A DNA stretch of 64,000 nt. Source: Auanema rhodensis. Its lineage: Eukaryota > Animalia > Nematoda. The notes under the pieces are model-generated. The model saw only the letters and a program-made list of their open reading frames with translations. It searched no databases and had not been told where the DNA came from. Within the stretch, counting starts at the first letter, position 1. Each line of letters starts with the position of its first letter. This document shows positions 26,325-41,600 of this stretch, piece after piece. The position numbers and the translations under genes are program-made. Location of the stretch: assembly GCA_964057225.1 (NCBI GenBank), contig OZ059896.1:19654001-19718000 (forward strand). The letters are read 5' to 3'.

Positions 26325-29132
26325 CCATGTACACTCAACATTGCTTCCAAAAACATTTTGACAAAAATTTTTTCGAAAAATTTCAAAATAATTTAGCAAA
26401 AAGTAGATGTTTTTAGATTCCTTTTTTCAAGGCAAAGACGATGGACAATGTTATTCAACGAAAAAATTAATTCTTCAGGGTGAAAATCGAGGATATAAGT
26501 GTAAACTTATATCAGTTGATATCTCGGTGCACTTTTAAGCTAGCGCAAATCTGATAACACAGATCGACGCAGCTTAAAAATCCGCATCGAATGCACTATA
26601 CTACATTGAGAAACGCTTAATACAAAAATTAGTTATGATCGTTTGAAAAATGATGCATTAGTGTATGTTGAGTTTCCATGTACACTCAACATTGCTTCCA
26701 AAAACATTTTGACAAAAATTTTTTCGAAAAATTTCAAAATAATTTAGCAAAAAGTAGATGTTTTTAGATTCCTTTTTTCAAGGCAAAGACGATGGACAAT
26801 GTTATTCAACGAAAAAATTAATTCTTCAGGGTGAAAATCGAGGATATAAGTGTAAACTTATATCAGTTGATATCTCGGTGCACTTTTAAGCTAGCGCAAA
26901 TCTGATAACACAGATCGACGCAGCTTAAAAATCCGCATCGAATGCACTATACTACATTGAGAAAAGCTTAATACAAAAATTAGTTATGATCGTTTGAAAA
27001 ATGATGCATTAGTGTATGTTGAGTTTCCATGTACACTCAACATTGCTTCCAAAAACATTTTGACAAAAATTTTTTCGAAAAATTTCAAAATAATTTAGCA
27101 AAAAGTAGATGTTTTTAGATTCCTTTTTTCAAGGCAAAGACGATGGACAATGTTATTCAACGAAAAAATTAATTCTTCAGGGTGAAAATCGAGGATATAA
27201 GTGTGAACTTATATCAGTTGATATCTCGGTGCATTTTTAAGCTAGCGCAAATCTGATAACACAGATCGACGCAGCTTAAAAATCCGCATCGAATGCACTA
27301 TACTACATTGAGAAACGCTCAATACAAAAATTAGTTATGATCGTTTGAAAAATGATGCATTAGTGTATGTTGAGTTTCCGTGTACACTCAACATTGCTTC
27401 CAAAAACATTTTGACAAAAATTTTTTCGAAAAATTTCAAAATAATTTAGCAAAAAGTAGATGTTTTTAGATTCCTTTTTTCAAGGCAAAGACGATGGACA
27501 ATGTTATTCAACGAAAAAATTAATTCTTCAGGGTGAAAATCGAGGATATAAGTGTAAACTTATATCAGTTGATATCTCGGTGCACTTTTAAGCTAGCGCA
27601 AATCTGATAACACAGATCGACGCAGCTTAAAAATCCGCATCGAATGCACTATACTACATTGAGAAACGCTTAATACAAAAATTAGTTATGATCGTTTGAA
27701 AAATGATGCATTAGTGTATGTTGAGTTTCCATGTACACTCAACATTGCTTCCAAAAACATTTTGACAAAAATTTTTTCGAAAAATTTCAAAATAATTTAG
27801 CAAAAAGTAGATGTTTTTAGATTCCTTTTTTCAAGGCAAAGACGATGGACAATGTTATTCAACGAAAAAATTAATTCTTCAGGGTGAAAATCGAGGATAT
27901 AAGTGTAAACTTATATCAGTTGATATCTCGGTGCACTTTTAAGCTAGCGCAAATCTGATAACACAGATCGACGCAGCTTAAAAATCCGCATCGAATGCAC
28001 TATACTACATTGAGAAACGCTTAATACAAAAATTAGTTATGATCGTTTGAAAAATGATGCATTAGTGTATGTTGAGTTTCCATGTACACTCAACATTGCT
28101 TCCAAAAACATTTTGACAAAAATTTTTTCGAAAAATTTCAAAATAATTTAGCAAAAAGTAGATGTTTTTAGATTCCTTTTTTCAAGGCAAAGACGATGGA
28201 CAATGTTATTCAACGAAAAAATTAATTCTTCAGGGTGAAAATCGAGGATATAAGTGTAAACTTATATCAGTTGATATCTCGGTGCACTTTTAAGCTAGCG
28301 CAAATCTGATAACACAGATCGACGCAGCTTAAAAATCCGCATCGAATGCACTATACTACATTGAGAAAAGCTTAATACAAAAATTAGTTATGATCGTTTG
28401 AAAAATGATGCATTAGTGTATGTTGAGTTTCCATGTACACTCAACATTGCTTCCAAAAACATTTTGACAAAAATTTTTTCGAAAAATTTCAAAATAATTT
28501 AGCAAAAAGTAGATGTTTTTAGATTCCTTTTTTCAAGGCAAAGACGATGGACAATGTTATTCAACGAAAAAATTAATTCTTCAGGGTGAAAATCGAGGAT
28601 ATAAGTGTGAACTTATATCAGTTGATATCTCGGTGCATTTTTAAGCTAGCGCAAATCTGATAACACAGATCGACGCAGCTTAAAAATCCGCATCGAATGC
28701 ACTATACTACATTGAGAAACGCTCAATACAAAAATTAGTTATGATCGTTTGAAAAATGATGCATTAGTGTATGTTGAGTTTCCGTGTACACTCAACATTG
28801 CTTCCAAAAACATTTTGACAAAAATTTTTTCGAAAAATTTCAAAATAATTTAGCAAAAAGTAGATGTTTTTAGATTCCTTTTTTCAAGGCAAAGACGATG
28901 GACAATGTTATTCAACGAAAAAATTAATTCTTCAGGGTGAAAATCGAGGATATAAGTGTAAACTTATATCAGTTGATATCTCGGTGCACTTTTAAGCTAG
29001 CGCAAATCTGATAACACAGATCGACGCAGCTTAAAAATCCGCATCGAATGCACTATACTACATTGAGAAACGCTTAATACAAAAATTAGTTATGATCGTT
29101 TGAAAAATGATGCATTAGTGTATGTTGAGTTT
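26325..29132 (+). repeat. Tandem duplication of a 4-monomer block (1404-bp period)
   Basis: Copies 76-79 match 80-83; GAAAAGCT variant at 26965 and 28369. Confidence 0.8.
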
Positions 29133-29834
29133 CCATGTACACTCAACATTGCTTCCAAAAACATTTTGACAAAAATTTTTTCGAAAAATTTCAAAATAAT
29201 TTAGCAAAAAGTAGATGTTTTTAGATTCCTTTTTTCAAGGCAAAGACGATGGACAATGTTATTCAACGAAAAAATTAATTCTTCAGGGTGAAAATCGAGG
29301 ATATAAGTGTGAACTTATATCAGTTGATATCTCGGTGCATTTTTAAGCTAGCGCAAATCTGATAACACAGATCGACGCAGCTTAAAAATCCGCATCGAAT
29401 GCACTACACTACATTGAGAAACGCTTAATACAAAAATTAGTTATGATCGTTTGAAAAATGATGCATTAGTGTATGTTGAGTTTCCATGTACACTCAACAT
29501 TGCTTCCAAAAACATTTTGACAAAAATTTTTTCGAAAAATTTCAAAATATTTTAGCAAAAAGTAGATGTTTTTAGATTCCTTTCTTCAAGGCAAAGACGA
29601 TGGACAATGTTATTCAACGAAAAAATTAATTCTTCAGGGTGAAAATCGAGGATATAAGTGTGAACTTATATCAGTTGATATCTCGGTGCATTTTTAAGCT
29701 AGCGCAAATCTGATAACACAGATCGACGCAGCTTAAAAATCCGCATCGAATGCACTATACTACATTGAGAAACGCTTAATACAAAAATTAGTTATGATCG
29801 TTTGAAAAATGATGCATTAGTGTATGTTGAGTTT

Positions 29835-32642
29835 CCATGTACACTCAACATTGCTTCCAAAAACATTTTGACAAAAATTTTTTCGAAAAATTTCAAAATA
29901 ATTTAGCAAAAAGTAGATGTTTTTAGATTCCTTTTTTCAAGGCAAAGACGATGGACAATGTTATTCAACGAAAAAATTAATTCTTCAGGGTGAAAATCGA
30001 GGATATAAGTGTGAACTTATATCAGTTGATATCTCGGTGCATTTTTAAGCTAGCGCAAATCTGATAACACAGATCGACGCAGCTTAAAAATCCGCATCAA
30101 ATGCACTATACTACATTGAGAAACGCTTAATACAAAAATTAGTTATGATCGTTTGAAAAATGATGCATTAGTGTATGTTGAGTTTCCATGTACACTCAAC
30201 ATTGCTTCCAAAAACATTTTGACAAAACTTTTTTCGAAAATTTTCAGAATAATTTAGCAAAAAGTAGATGTTTTTAGATTCCTTTCTTCAAGGCAAAGAC
30301 GATGGACAATGTTATTCAACGAAAAAATTAATTCTTCAGGGTGAAAATCGAGGATATAAGTGTGAACTTATATCAGTTGATATCTCGGTGCATTTTTAAG
30401 CTAGCGCAAATCTGATAACACAGATCGACGCAGCTTAAAAATCCGCATCGAATGCACTATACTACATTGAGAAACGCTTAATACAAAAATTAGTTATGAT
30501 CGTTTGAAAAATGATGCATTAGTGTATGTTGAGTTTCCATGTACACTCAACATTGCTTCCAAAAACATTTTGACAAAAATTTTTTCGAAAAATTTCAAAA
30601 TAATTTAGCAAAAAGTAGATGTTTTTAGATTCCTTTCTTCAAGGCAAAGACGATGGACAATGTTATTCAACGAAAAAATTAATTCTTCAGGGTGAAAATC
30701 GAGGATATAAGTGTAAACTTATATCAGTTGATATCTCGGTGCACTTTTAAGCTAGCGCAAATCTGATAACACAGATCGACGCAGCTTAAAAATCCGCATC
30801 GAATGCACTATACTACATTGAGAAACGCTTAATACAAAAATTAGTTATGATCGTTTGAAAAATGATGCATTAGTGTATGTTGAGTTTCCATGTACACTCA
30901 ACATTGCTTCCAAAAACATTTTGACAAAAATTTTTTCGAAAAATTTCAAAATAATTTAGCAAAAAGTAGATGTTTTTAGATTCCTTTCTTCAAGGCAAAG
31001 ACGATGGACAATGTTATTCAACGAAAAAATTAATTCTTCAGGGTGAAAATCGAGGATATAAGTGTAAACTTATATCAGTTGATATCTCGGTGCACTTTTA
31101 AGCTAGCGCAAATCTGATAACACAGATCGACGCAGCTTAAAAATCCGCATCGAATGCACTATACTACATTGAGAAAAGCTTAATACAAAAATTAGTTATG
31201 ATCGTTTGAAAAATGATGCATTAGTGTATGTTGAGTTTCCATGTACACTCAACATTGCTTCCAAAAACATTTTGACAAAAATTTTTTCAAAAAATTTCAA
31301 AATAATTTAGCAAAAAGTAGATGTTTTTAGATTCCTTTTTTCAAGGCAAAGACGATGGACAATGTTATTCAACGAAAAAATTAATTCTTCAGGGTGAAAA
31401 TCGAGGATATAAGTGTGAACTTATATCAGTTGATATCTCGGTGCATTTTTAAGCTAGCGCAAATCTGATAACACAGATCGACGCAGCTTAAAAATCCGCA
31501 TCAAATGCACTATACTACATTGAGAAACGCTTAATACAAAAATTAGTTATGATCGTTTGAAAAATGATGCATTAGTGTATGTTGAGTTTCCATGTACACT
31601 CAACATTGCTTCCAAAAACATTTTGACAAAACTTTTTTCGAAAATTTTCAGAATAATTTAGCAAAAAGTAGATGTTTTTAGATTCCTTTCTTCAAGGCAA
31701 AGACGATGGACAATGTTATTCAACGAAAAAATTAATTCTTCAGGGTGAAAATCGAGGATATAAGTGTGAACTTATATCAGTTGATATCTCGGTGCATTTT
31801 TAAGCTAGCGCAAATCTGATAACACAGATCGACGCAGCTTAAAAATCCGCATCGAATGCACTATACTACATTGAGAAACGCTTAATACAAAAATTAGTTA
31901 TGATCGTTTGAAAAATGATGCATTAGTGTATGTTGAGTTTCCATGTACACTCAACATTGCTTCCAAAAACATTTTGACAAAAATTTTTTCGAAAAATTTC
32001 AAAATAATTTAGCAAAAAGTAGATGTTTTTAGATTCCTTTCTTCAAGGCAAAGACGATGGACAATGTTATTCAACGAAAAAATTAATTCTTCAGGGTGAA
32101 AATCGAGGATATAAGTGTAAACTTATATCAGTTGATATCTCGGTGCACTTTTAAGCTAGCGCAAATCTGATAACACAGATCGACGCAGCTTAAAAATCCG
32201 CATCGAATGCACTATACTACATTGAGAAACGCTTAATACAAAAATTAGTTATGATCGTTTGAAAAATGATGCATTAGTGTATGTTGAGTTTCCATGTACA
32301 CTCAACATTGCTTCCAAAAACATTTTGACAAAAATTTTTTCGAAAAATTTCAAAATAATTTAGCAAAAAGTAGATGTTTTTAGATTCCTTTTTTCAAGGC
32401 AAAGACGATGGACAATGTTATTCAACGAAAAAATTAATTCTTCAGGGTGAAAATCGAGGATATAAGTGTAAACTTATATCAGTTGATATCTCGGTGCACT
32501 TTTAAGCTAGCGCAAATCTGATAACACAGATCGACGCAGCTTAAAAATCCGCATCGAATGCACTATACTACATTGAGAAAAGCTTAATACAAAAATTAGT
32601 TATGATCGTTTGAAAAATGATGCATTAGTGTATGTTGAGTTT
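29835..32642 (+). repeat. Near-perfect tandem duplication of a 4-monomer block
   Basis: Copies 86-89 resemble 90-93: CATCAAAT at 30099 and 31503, GAAAAGCT at 31177 and 32581. Confidence 0.78.
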
Positions 32643-35600
32643 CCATGTACACTCAACATTGCTTCCAAAAACATTTTGACAAAAATTTTTTCGAAAAATT
32701 TCAAAATAATTTAGCAAAAAGTAGATGTTTTTAGATTCCTTTTTTCAAGGCAAAGACGATGGACAATGTTATTCAACGAAAAAATTAATTCTTCAGGGTG
32801 AAAATCGAGGATATAAGTGTGAACTTATATCAGTTGATATCTCGGTGCATTTTTAAGCTAGCGCAAATCTGATAACACAGATCGACGCAGCTTAAAAATC
32901 CGCATCGAATGCACTATACTACATTGAGAAACGCTCAATACAAAAATTAGTTATGATCGTTTGAAAAATGATGCATTAGTGTATGTTGAGTTTCCGTGTA
33001 CACTCAACATTGCTTCCAAAAACATTTTGACAAAAATTTTTTCGAAAAATTTCAAAATAATTTAGCAAAAAGTAGATGTTTTTAGATTCCTTTTTTCAAG
33101 GCAAAGACGATGGACAATGTTATTCAACGAAAAAATTAATTCTTCAGGGTGAAAATCGAGGATATAAGTGTAAACTTATATCAGTTGATATCTCGGTGCA
33201 CTTTTAAGCTAGCGCAAATCTGATAACACAGATCGACGCAGCTTAAAAATCCGCATCGAATGCACTATACTACATTGAGAAACGCTTAATACAAAAATTA
33301 GTTATGATCGTTTGAAAAATGATGCATTAGTGTATGTTGAGTTTCCATGTACACTCAACATTGCTTCCAAAAACATTTTGACAAAAATTTTTTCGAAAAA
33401 TTTCAAAATAATTTAGCAAAAAGTAGATGTTTTTAGATTCCTTTTTTCAAGGCAAAGACGATGGACAATGTTATTCAACGAAAAAATTAATTCTTCAGGG
33501 TGAAAATCGAGGATATAAGTGTGAACTTATATCAGTTGATATCTCGGTGCATTTTTAAGCTAGCGCAAATCTGATAACACAGATCGACGCAGCTTAAAAA
33601 TCCGCATCGAATGCACTACACTACATTGAGAAACGCTTAATACAAAAATTAGTTATGATCGTTTGAAAAATGATGCATTAGTGTATGTTGAGTTTCCATG
33701 TACACTCAACATTGCTTCCAAAAACATTTTGACAAAAATTTTTTCGAAAAATTTCAAAATATTTTAGCAAAAAGTAGATGTTTTTAGATTCCTTTCTTCA
33801 AGGCAAAGACGATGGACAATGTTATTCAACGAAAAAATTAATTCTTCAGGGTGAAAATCGAGGATATAAGTGTGAACTTATATCAGTTGATATCTCGGTG
33901 CATTTTTAAGCTAGCGCAAATCTGATAACACAGATCGACGCAGCTTAAAAATCCGCATCGAATGCACTATACTACATTGAGAAACGCTTAATACAAAAAT
34001 TAGTTATGATCGTTTGAAAAATGATGCATTAGTGTATGTTGAGTTTCCATGTACACTCAACATTGCTTCCAAAAACATTTTGACAAAAATTTTTTCGAAA
34101 AATTTCAAAATAATTTAGCAAAAAGTAGATGTTTTTAGATTCCTTTTTTCAAGGCAAAGACGATGGACAATGTTATTCAACGAAAAAATTAATTCTTCAG
34201 GGTGAAAATCGAGGATATAAGTGTGAACTTATATCAGTTGATATCTCGGTGCATTTTTAAGCTAGCGCAAATCTGATAACACAGATCGACGCAGCTTAAA
34301 AATCCGCATCAAATGCACTATACTACATTGAGAAACGCTTAATACAAAAATTAGTTATGATCGTTTGAAAAATGATGCATTAGTGTATGTTGAGTTTCCA
34401 TGTACACTCAACATTGCTTCCAAAAACATTTTGACAAAACTTTTTTCGAAAATTTTCAGAATAATTTAGCAAAAAGTAGATGTTTTAAGATTCCTTTCTT
34501 CAAGGCAAAGACGATGGACAATGTTATTCAACGAAAAAATTAATTCTTCAGGGTGAAAATCGAGGATATAAGTGTGAACTTATATCAGTTGATATCTCGG
34601 TGCATTTTTAAGCTAGCGCAAATCTGATAACACAGATCGACGCAGCTTAAAAATCCGCATCGAATGCACTATACTACATTGAGAAACGCTTAATACAAAA
34701 ATTAGTTATGATCGTTTGAAAAATGATGCATTAGTGTATGTTGAGTTTCCATGTACACTCAACATTGCTTCCAAAAACATTTTGACAAAAATTTTTTCGA
34801 AAAATTTCAAAATAATTTAGCAAAAAGTAGATGTTTTTAGATTCCTTTTTTCAAGGCAAAGACGATGGACAATGTTATTCAACGAAAAAATTAATTCTTC
34901 AGGGTGAAAATCGAGGATATAAGTGTGAACTTATATCAGTTGATATCTCGGTGCATTTTTAAGCTAGCGCAAATCTGATAACACAGATCGACGCAGCTTA
35001 AAAATCCGCATCAAATGCACTATACTACATTGAGAAACGCTTAATACAAAAATTAGTTATGATCGTTTGAAAAATGATGCATTAGTGTATGTTGAGTTTC
35101 CATGTACACTCAACATTGCTTCCAAAAACATTTTGACAAAACTTTTTTCGAAAATTTTCAGAATAATTTAGCAAAAAGTAGATGTTTTTAGATTCCTTTT
35201 TTCAAGGCAAAGACGATGGACAATGTTATTCAACGAAAAAATTAATTCTTCAGGGTGAAAATCGAGGATATAAGTGTAAACTTATATCAGTTGATATCTC
35301 GGTGCACTTTTAAGCTAGCGCAAATCTGATAACACAGATCGACGCAGCTTAAAAATCCGCATCGAATGCACTATACTACATTGAGAAACGCTTAATACAA
35401 AAATTAGTTATGATCGTTTGAAAAATGATGCATTAGTGTATGTTGAGTTTCCATGTACACTCAACATTGCTTCCAAAAACATTTTGACAAAAATTTTTTC
35501 GAAAAATTTCAAAATAATTTAGCAAAAAGTAGATGTTTTTAGATTCCTTTTTTCAAGGCAAAGACGATGGACAATGTTATTCAACGAAAAAATTAATTCT

Positions 35601-38600
35601 TCAGGGTGAAAATCGAGGATATAAGTGTGAACTTATATCAGTTGATATCTCGGTGCATTTTTAAGCTAGCGCAAATCTGATAACACAGATCGACGCAGCT
35701 TAAAAATCCGCATCGAATGCACTATACTACATTGAGAAACGCTCAATACAAAAATTAGTTATGATCGTTTGAAAAATGATGCATTAGTGTATGTTGAGTT
35801 TCCGTGTACACTCAACATTGCTTCCAAAAACATTTTGACAAAAATTTTTTCGAAAAATTTCAAAATAATTTAGCAAAAAGTAGATGTTTTTAGATTCCTT
35901 TTTTCAAGGCAAAGACGATGGACAATGTTATTCAACGAAAAAATTAATTCTTCAGGGTGAAAATCGAGGATATAAGTGTAAACTTATATCAGTTGATATC
36001 TCGGTGCACTTTTAAGCTAGCGCAAATCTGATAACACAGATCGACGCAGCTTAAAAATCCGCATCGAATGCACTATACTACATTGAGAAACGCTTAATAC
36101 AAAAATTAGTTATGATCGTTTGAAAAATGATGCATTAGTGTATGTTGAGTTTCCATGTACACTCAACATTGCTTCCAAAAACATTTTGACAAAAATTTTT
36201 TCGAAAAATTTCAAAATAATTTAGCAAAAAGTAGATGTTTTTAGATTCCTTTTTTCAAGGCAAAGACGATGGACAATGTTATTCAACGAAAAATTTAATT
36301 CTTCAGGGTGAAAATCGAGGATATAAGTGTGAACTTATATCAGTTGATATCTCGGTGCATTTTTAAGCTAGCGCAAATCTGATAACACAGATCGACGCAG
36401 CTTAAAAATCCGCATCGAATGCACTACACTACATTGAGAAACGCTTAATACAAAAATTAGTTATGATCGTTTGAAAAATGATGCATTAGTGTATGTTGAG
36501 TTTCCATGTACACTCAACATTGCTTCCAAAAACATTTTGACAAAAATTTTTTCGAAAAATTTCAAAATATTTTAGCAAAAAGTAGATGTTTTTAGATTCC
36601 TTTCTTCAAGGCAAAGACGATGGACAATGTTATTCAACGAAAAAATTAATTCTTCAGGGTGAAAATCGAGGATATAAGTGTGAACTTATATCAGTTGATA
36701 TCTCGGTGCATTTTTAAGCTAGCGCAAATCTGATAACACAGATCGACGCAGCTTAAAAATCCGCATCGAATGCACTATACTACATTGAGAAACGCTTAAT
36801 ACAAAAATTAGTTATGATCGTTTGAAAAATGATGCATTAGTGTATGTTGAGTTTCCATGTACACTCAACATTGCTTCCAAAAACATTTTGACAAAAATTT
36901 TTTCGAAAAATTTCAAAATAATTTAGCAAAAAGTAGATGTTTTTAGATTCCTTTTTTCAAGGCAAAGACGATGGACAATGTTATTCAACGAAAAAATTAA
37001 TTCTTCAGGGTGAAAATCGAGGATATAAGTGTGAACTTATATCAGTTGATATCTCGGTGCATTTTTAAGCTAGCGCAAATCTGATAACACAGATCGACGC
37101 AGCTTAAAAATCCGCATCGAATGCACTATACTACATTGAGAAACGCTCAATACAAAAATTAGTTATGATCGTTTGAAAAATGATGCATTAGTGTATGTTG
37201 AGTTTCCGTGTACACTCAACATTGCTTCCAAAAACATTTTGACAAAAATTTTTTCGAAAAATTTCAAGATAATTTAGCAAAAAGTAGATGTTTTTAGATT
37301 CCTTTTTTCAAGGCAAAGACGATGGACAATGTTATTCAACGAAAAAATTAATTCTTCAGGGTGAAAATCGAGGATATAAGTGTAAACTTATATCAGTTGA
37401 TATCTCGGTGCACTTTTAAGCTAGCGCAAATCTGATAACACAGATCGACGCAGCTTAAAAATCCGCATCGAATGCACTATACTACATTGAGAAACGCTTA
37501 ATACAAAAATTAGTTATGATCGTTTGAAAAATGATGCATTAGTGTATGTTGAGTTTCCATGTACACTCAACATTGCTTCCAAAAACATTTTGACAAAAAT
37601 TTTTTCGAAAAATTTCAAAATAATTTAGCAAAAAGTAGATGTTTTTAGATTCCTTTTTTCAAGGCAAAGACGATGGACAATGTTATTCAACGAAAAAATT
37701 AATTCTTCAGGGTGAAAATCGAGGATATAAGTGTGAACTTATATCAGTTGATATCTCGGTGCATTTTTAAGCTAGCGCAAATCTGATAACACAGATCGAC
37801 GCAGCTTAAAAATCCGCATCGAATGCACTACACTACATTGAGAAACGCTTAATACAAAAATTAGTTATGATCGTTTGAAAAATGATGCATTAGTGTATGT
37901 TGAGTTTCCATGTACACTCAACATTGCTTCCAAAAACATTTTGACAAAAATTTTTTCGAAAAATTTCAAAATATTTTAGCAAAAAGTAGATGTTTTTAGA
38001 TTCCTTTTTTCAAGGCAAAGACGATGGACAATGTTATTCAACGAAAAAATTAATTCTTCAGGGTGAAAATCGAGGATATAAGTGTAAACTTATATCAGTT
38101 GATATCTCGGTGCACTTTTAAGCTAGCGCAAATCTGATAACACAGATCGACGCAGCTTAAAAATCCGCATCGAATGCACTATACTACATTGAGAAACGCT
38201 TAATACAAAAATTAGTTATGATCGTTTGAAAAATGATGCATTAGTGTATGTTGAGTTTCCATGTACACTCAACATTGCTTCCAAAAACATTTTGACAAAA
38301 ATTTTTTCGAAAAATTTCAAAATAATTTAGCAAAAAGTAGATGTTTTTAGATTCCTTTTTTCAAGGCAAAGACGATGGACAATGTTATTCAACGAAAAAA
38401 TTAATTCTTCAGGGTGAAAATCGAGGATATAAGTGTGAACTTATATCAGTTGATATCTCGGTGCATTTTTAAGCTAGCGCAAATCTGATAACACAGATCG
38501 ACGCAGCTTAAAAATCCGCATCGAATGCACTATACTACATTGAGAAACGCTCAATACAAAAATTAGTTATGATCGTTTGAAAAATGATGCATTAGTGTAT

Positions 38601-41600
38601 GTTGAGTTTCCGTGTACACTCAACATTGCTTCCAAAAACATTTTGACAAAAATTTTTTCGAAAAATTTCAGAATAATTTAGCAAAAAGTAGATGTTTTTA
38701 GATTCCTTTTTTCAAGGCAAAGACGATGGACAATGTTATTCAACGAAAAAATTAATTCTTCAGGGTGAAAATCGAGGATATAAGTGTAAACTTATATCAG
38801 TTGATATCTCGGTGCACTTTTAAGCTAGCGCAAATCTGATAACACAGATCGACGCAGCTTAAAAATCCGCATCGAATGCACTATACTACATTGAGAAACG
38901 CTCAATACAAAAATTAGTTATGATCGTTTGAAAAATGATGCATTAGTGTATGTTGAGTTTCCGTGTACACTCAACATTGCTTCCAAAAACATTTTGACAA
39001 AAATTTTTTCGAAAAATTTCAAGATAATTTAGCAAAAAGTAGATGTTTTTAGATTCCTTTTTTCAAGGCAAAGACGATGGACAATGTTATTCAACGAAAA
39101 AATTAATTCTTCAGGGTGAAAATCGAGGATATAAGTGTAAACTTATATCAGTTGATATCTCGGTGCACTTTTAAGCTAGCGCAAATCTGATAACACAGAT
39201 CGACGCAGCTTAAAAATCCGCATCGAATGCACTATACTACATTGAGAAACGCTTAATACAAAAATTAGTTATGATCGTTTGAAAAATGATGCATTAGTGT
39301 ATGTTGAGTTTCCATGTACACTCAACATTGCTTCCAAAAACATTTTGACAAAAATTTTTTCGAAAAATTTCAAAATAATTTAGCAAAAAGTAGATGTTTT
39401 TAGATTCCTTTTTTCAAGGCAAAGACGATGGACAATGTTATTCAACGAAAAAAATAATTCTTCAGGGTGAAAATCGAGGATATAAGTGTGAACTTATATC
39501 AGTTGATATCTCGGTGCATTTTTAAGCTAGCGCAAATCTGATAACACAGATCGACGCAGCTTAAAAATCCGCATCGAATGCACTATACTACATTGAGAAA
39601 CGCTCAATACAAAAATTAGTTATGATCGTTTGAAAAATGATGCATTAGTGTATGTTGAGTTTCCGTGTACACTCAACATTGCTTCCAAAAACATTTTGAC
39701 AAAAATTTTTTCGAAAAATTTCAAGATAATTTAGCAAAAAGTAGATGTTTTTAGATTCCTTTTTTCAAGGCAAAGACGATGGACAATGTTATTCAACGAA
39801 AAAATTAATTCTTCAGGGTGAAAATCGAGGATATAAGTGTAAACTTATATCAGTTGATATCTCGGTGCACTTTTAAGCTAGCGCAAATCTGATAACACAG
39901 ATCGACGCAGCTTAAAAATCCGCATCGAATGCACTATACTACATTGAGAAACGCTTAATACAAAAATTAGTTATGATCGTTTGAAAAATGATGCATTAGT
40001 GTATGTTGAGTTTCCATGTACACTCAACATTGCTTCCAAAAACATTTTGACAAAAATTTTTTCGAAAAATTTCAAAATAATTTAGCAAAAAGTAGATGTT
40101 TTTAGATTCCTTTTTTCAAGGCAAAGACGATGGACAATGTTATTCAACGAAAAAATTAATTCTTCAGGGTGAAAATCGAGGATATAAGTGTGAACTTATA
40201 TCAGTTGATATCTCGGTGCATTTTTAAGCTAGCGCAAATCTGATAACACAGATCGACGCAGCTTAAAAATCCGCATCGAATGCACTACACTACATTGAGA
40301 AACGCTTAATACAAAAATTAGTTATGATCGTTTGAAAAATGATGCATTAGTGTATGTTGAGTTTCCATGTACACTCAACATTGCTTCCAAAAACATTTTG
40401 ACAAAAATTTTTTCGAAAAATTTCAAAATATTTTAGCAAAAAGTAGATGTTTTTAGATTCCTTTTTTCAAGGCAAAGACGATGGACAATGTTATTCAACG
40501 AAAAAATTAATTCTTCAGGGTGAAAATCGAGGATATAAGTGTGAACTTATATCAGTTGATATCTCGGTGCATTTTTAAGCTAGCGCAAATCTGATAACAC
40601 AGATCGACGCAGCTTAAAAATCCGCATCGAATGCACTATACTACATTGAGAAACGCTCAATACAAAAATTAGTTATGATCGTTTGAAAAATGATGCATTA
40701 GTGTATGTTGAGTTTCCGTGTACACTCAACATTGCTTCCAAAAACATTTTGACAAAAATTTTTTCGAAAAATTTCAAAATAATTTAGCAAAAAGTAGATG
40801 TTTTTAGATTCCTTTTTTCAAGGCAAAGACGATGGACAATGTTATTCAACGAAAAAATTAATTCTTCAGGGTGAAAATCGAGGATATAAGTGTGAACTTA
40901 TATCAGTTGATATCTCGGTGCATTTTTAAGCTAGCGCAAATCTGATAACACAGATCGACGCAGCTTAAAAATCCGCATCGAATGCACTATACTACATTGA
41001 GAAACGCTCAATACAAAAATTAGTTATGATCGTTTGAAAAATGATGCATTAGTGTATGTTGAGTTTCCGTGTACACTCAACATTGCTTCCAAAAACATTT
41101 TGACAAAAATTTTTTCGAAAAATTTCAGAATAATTTAGCAAAAAGTAGATGTTTTTAGATTCCTTTTTTCAAGGCAAAGACGATGGACAATGTTATTCAA
41201 CGAAAAAATTAATTCTTCAGGGTGAAAATCGAGGATATAAGTGTAAACTTATATCAGTTGATATCTCGGTGCACTTTTAAGCTAGCGCAAATCTGATAAC
41301 ACAGATCGACGCAGCTTAAAAATCCGCATCGAATGCACTATACTACATTGAGAAACGCTCAATACAAAAATTAGTTATGATCGTTTGAAAAATGATGCAT
41401 TAGTGTATGTTGAGTTTCCATGTACACTCAACATTGCTTCCAAAAACATTTTGACAAAAATTTTTTCGAAAAATTTCAAAATAATTTAGCAAAAAGTAGA
41501 TGTTTTTAGATTCCTTTTTTCAAGGCAAAGACGATGGACAATGTTATTCAACGAAAAAATTAATTCTTCAGGGTGAAAATCGAGGATATAAGTGTGAACT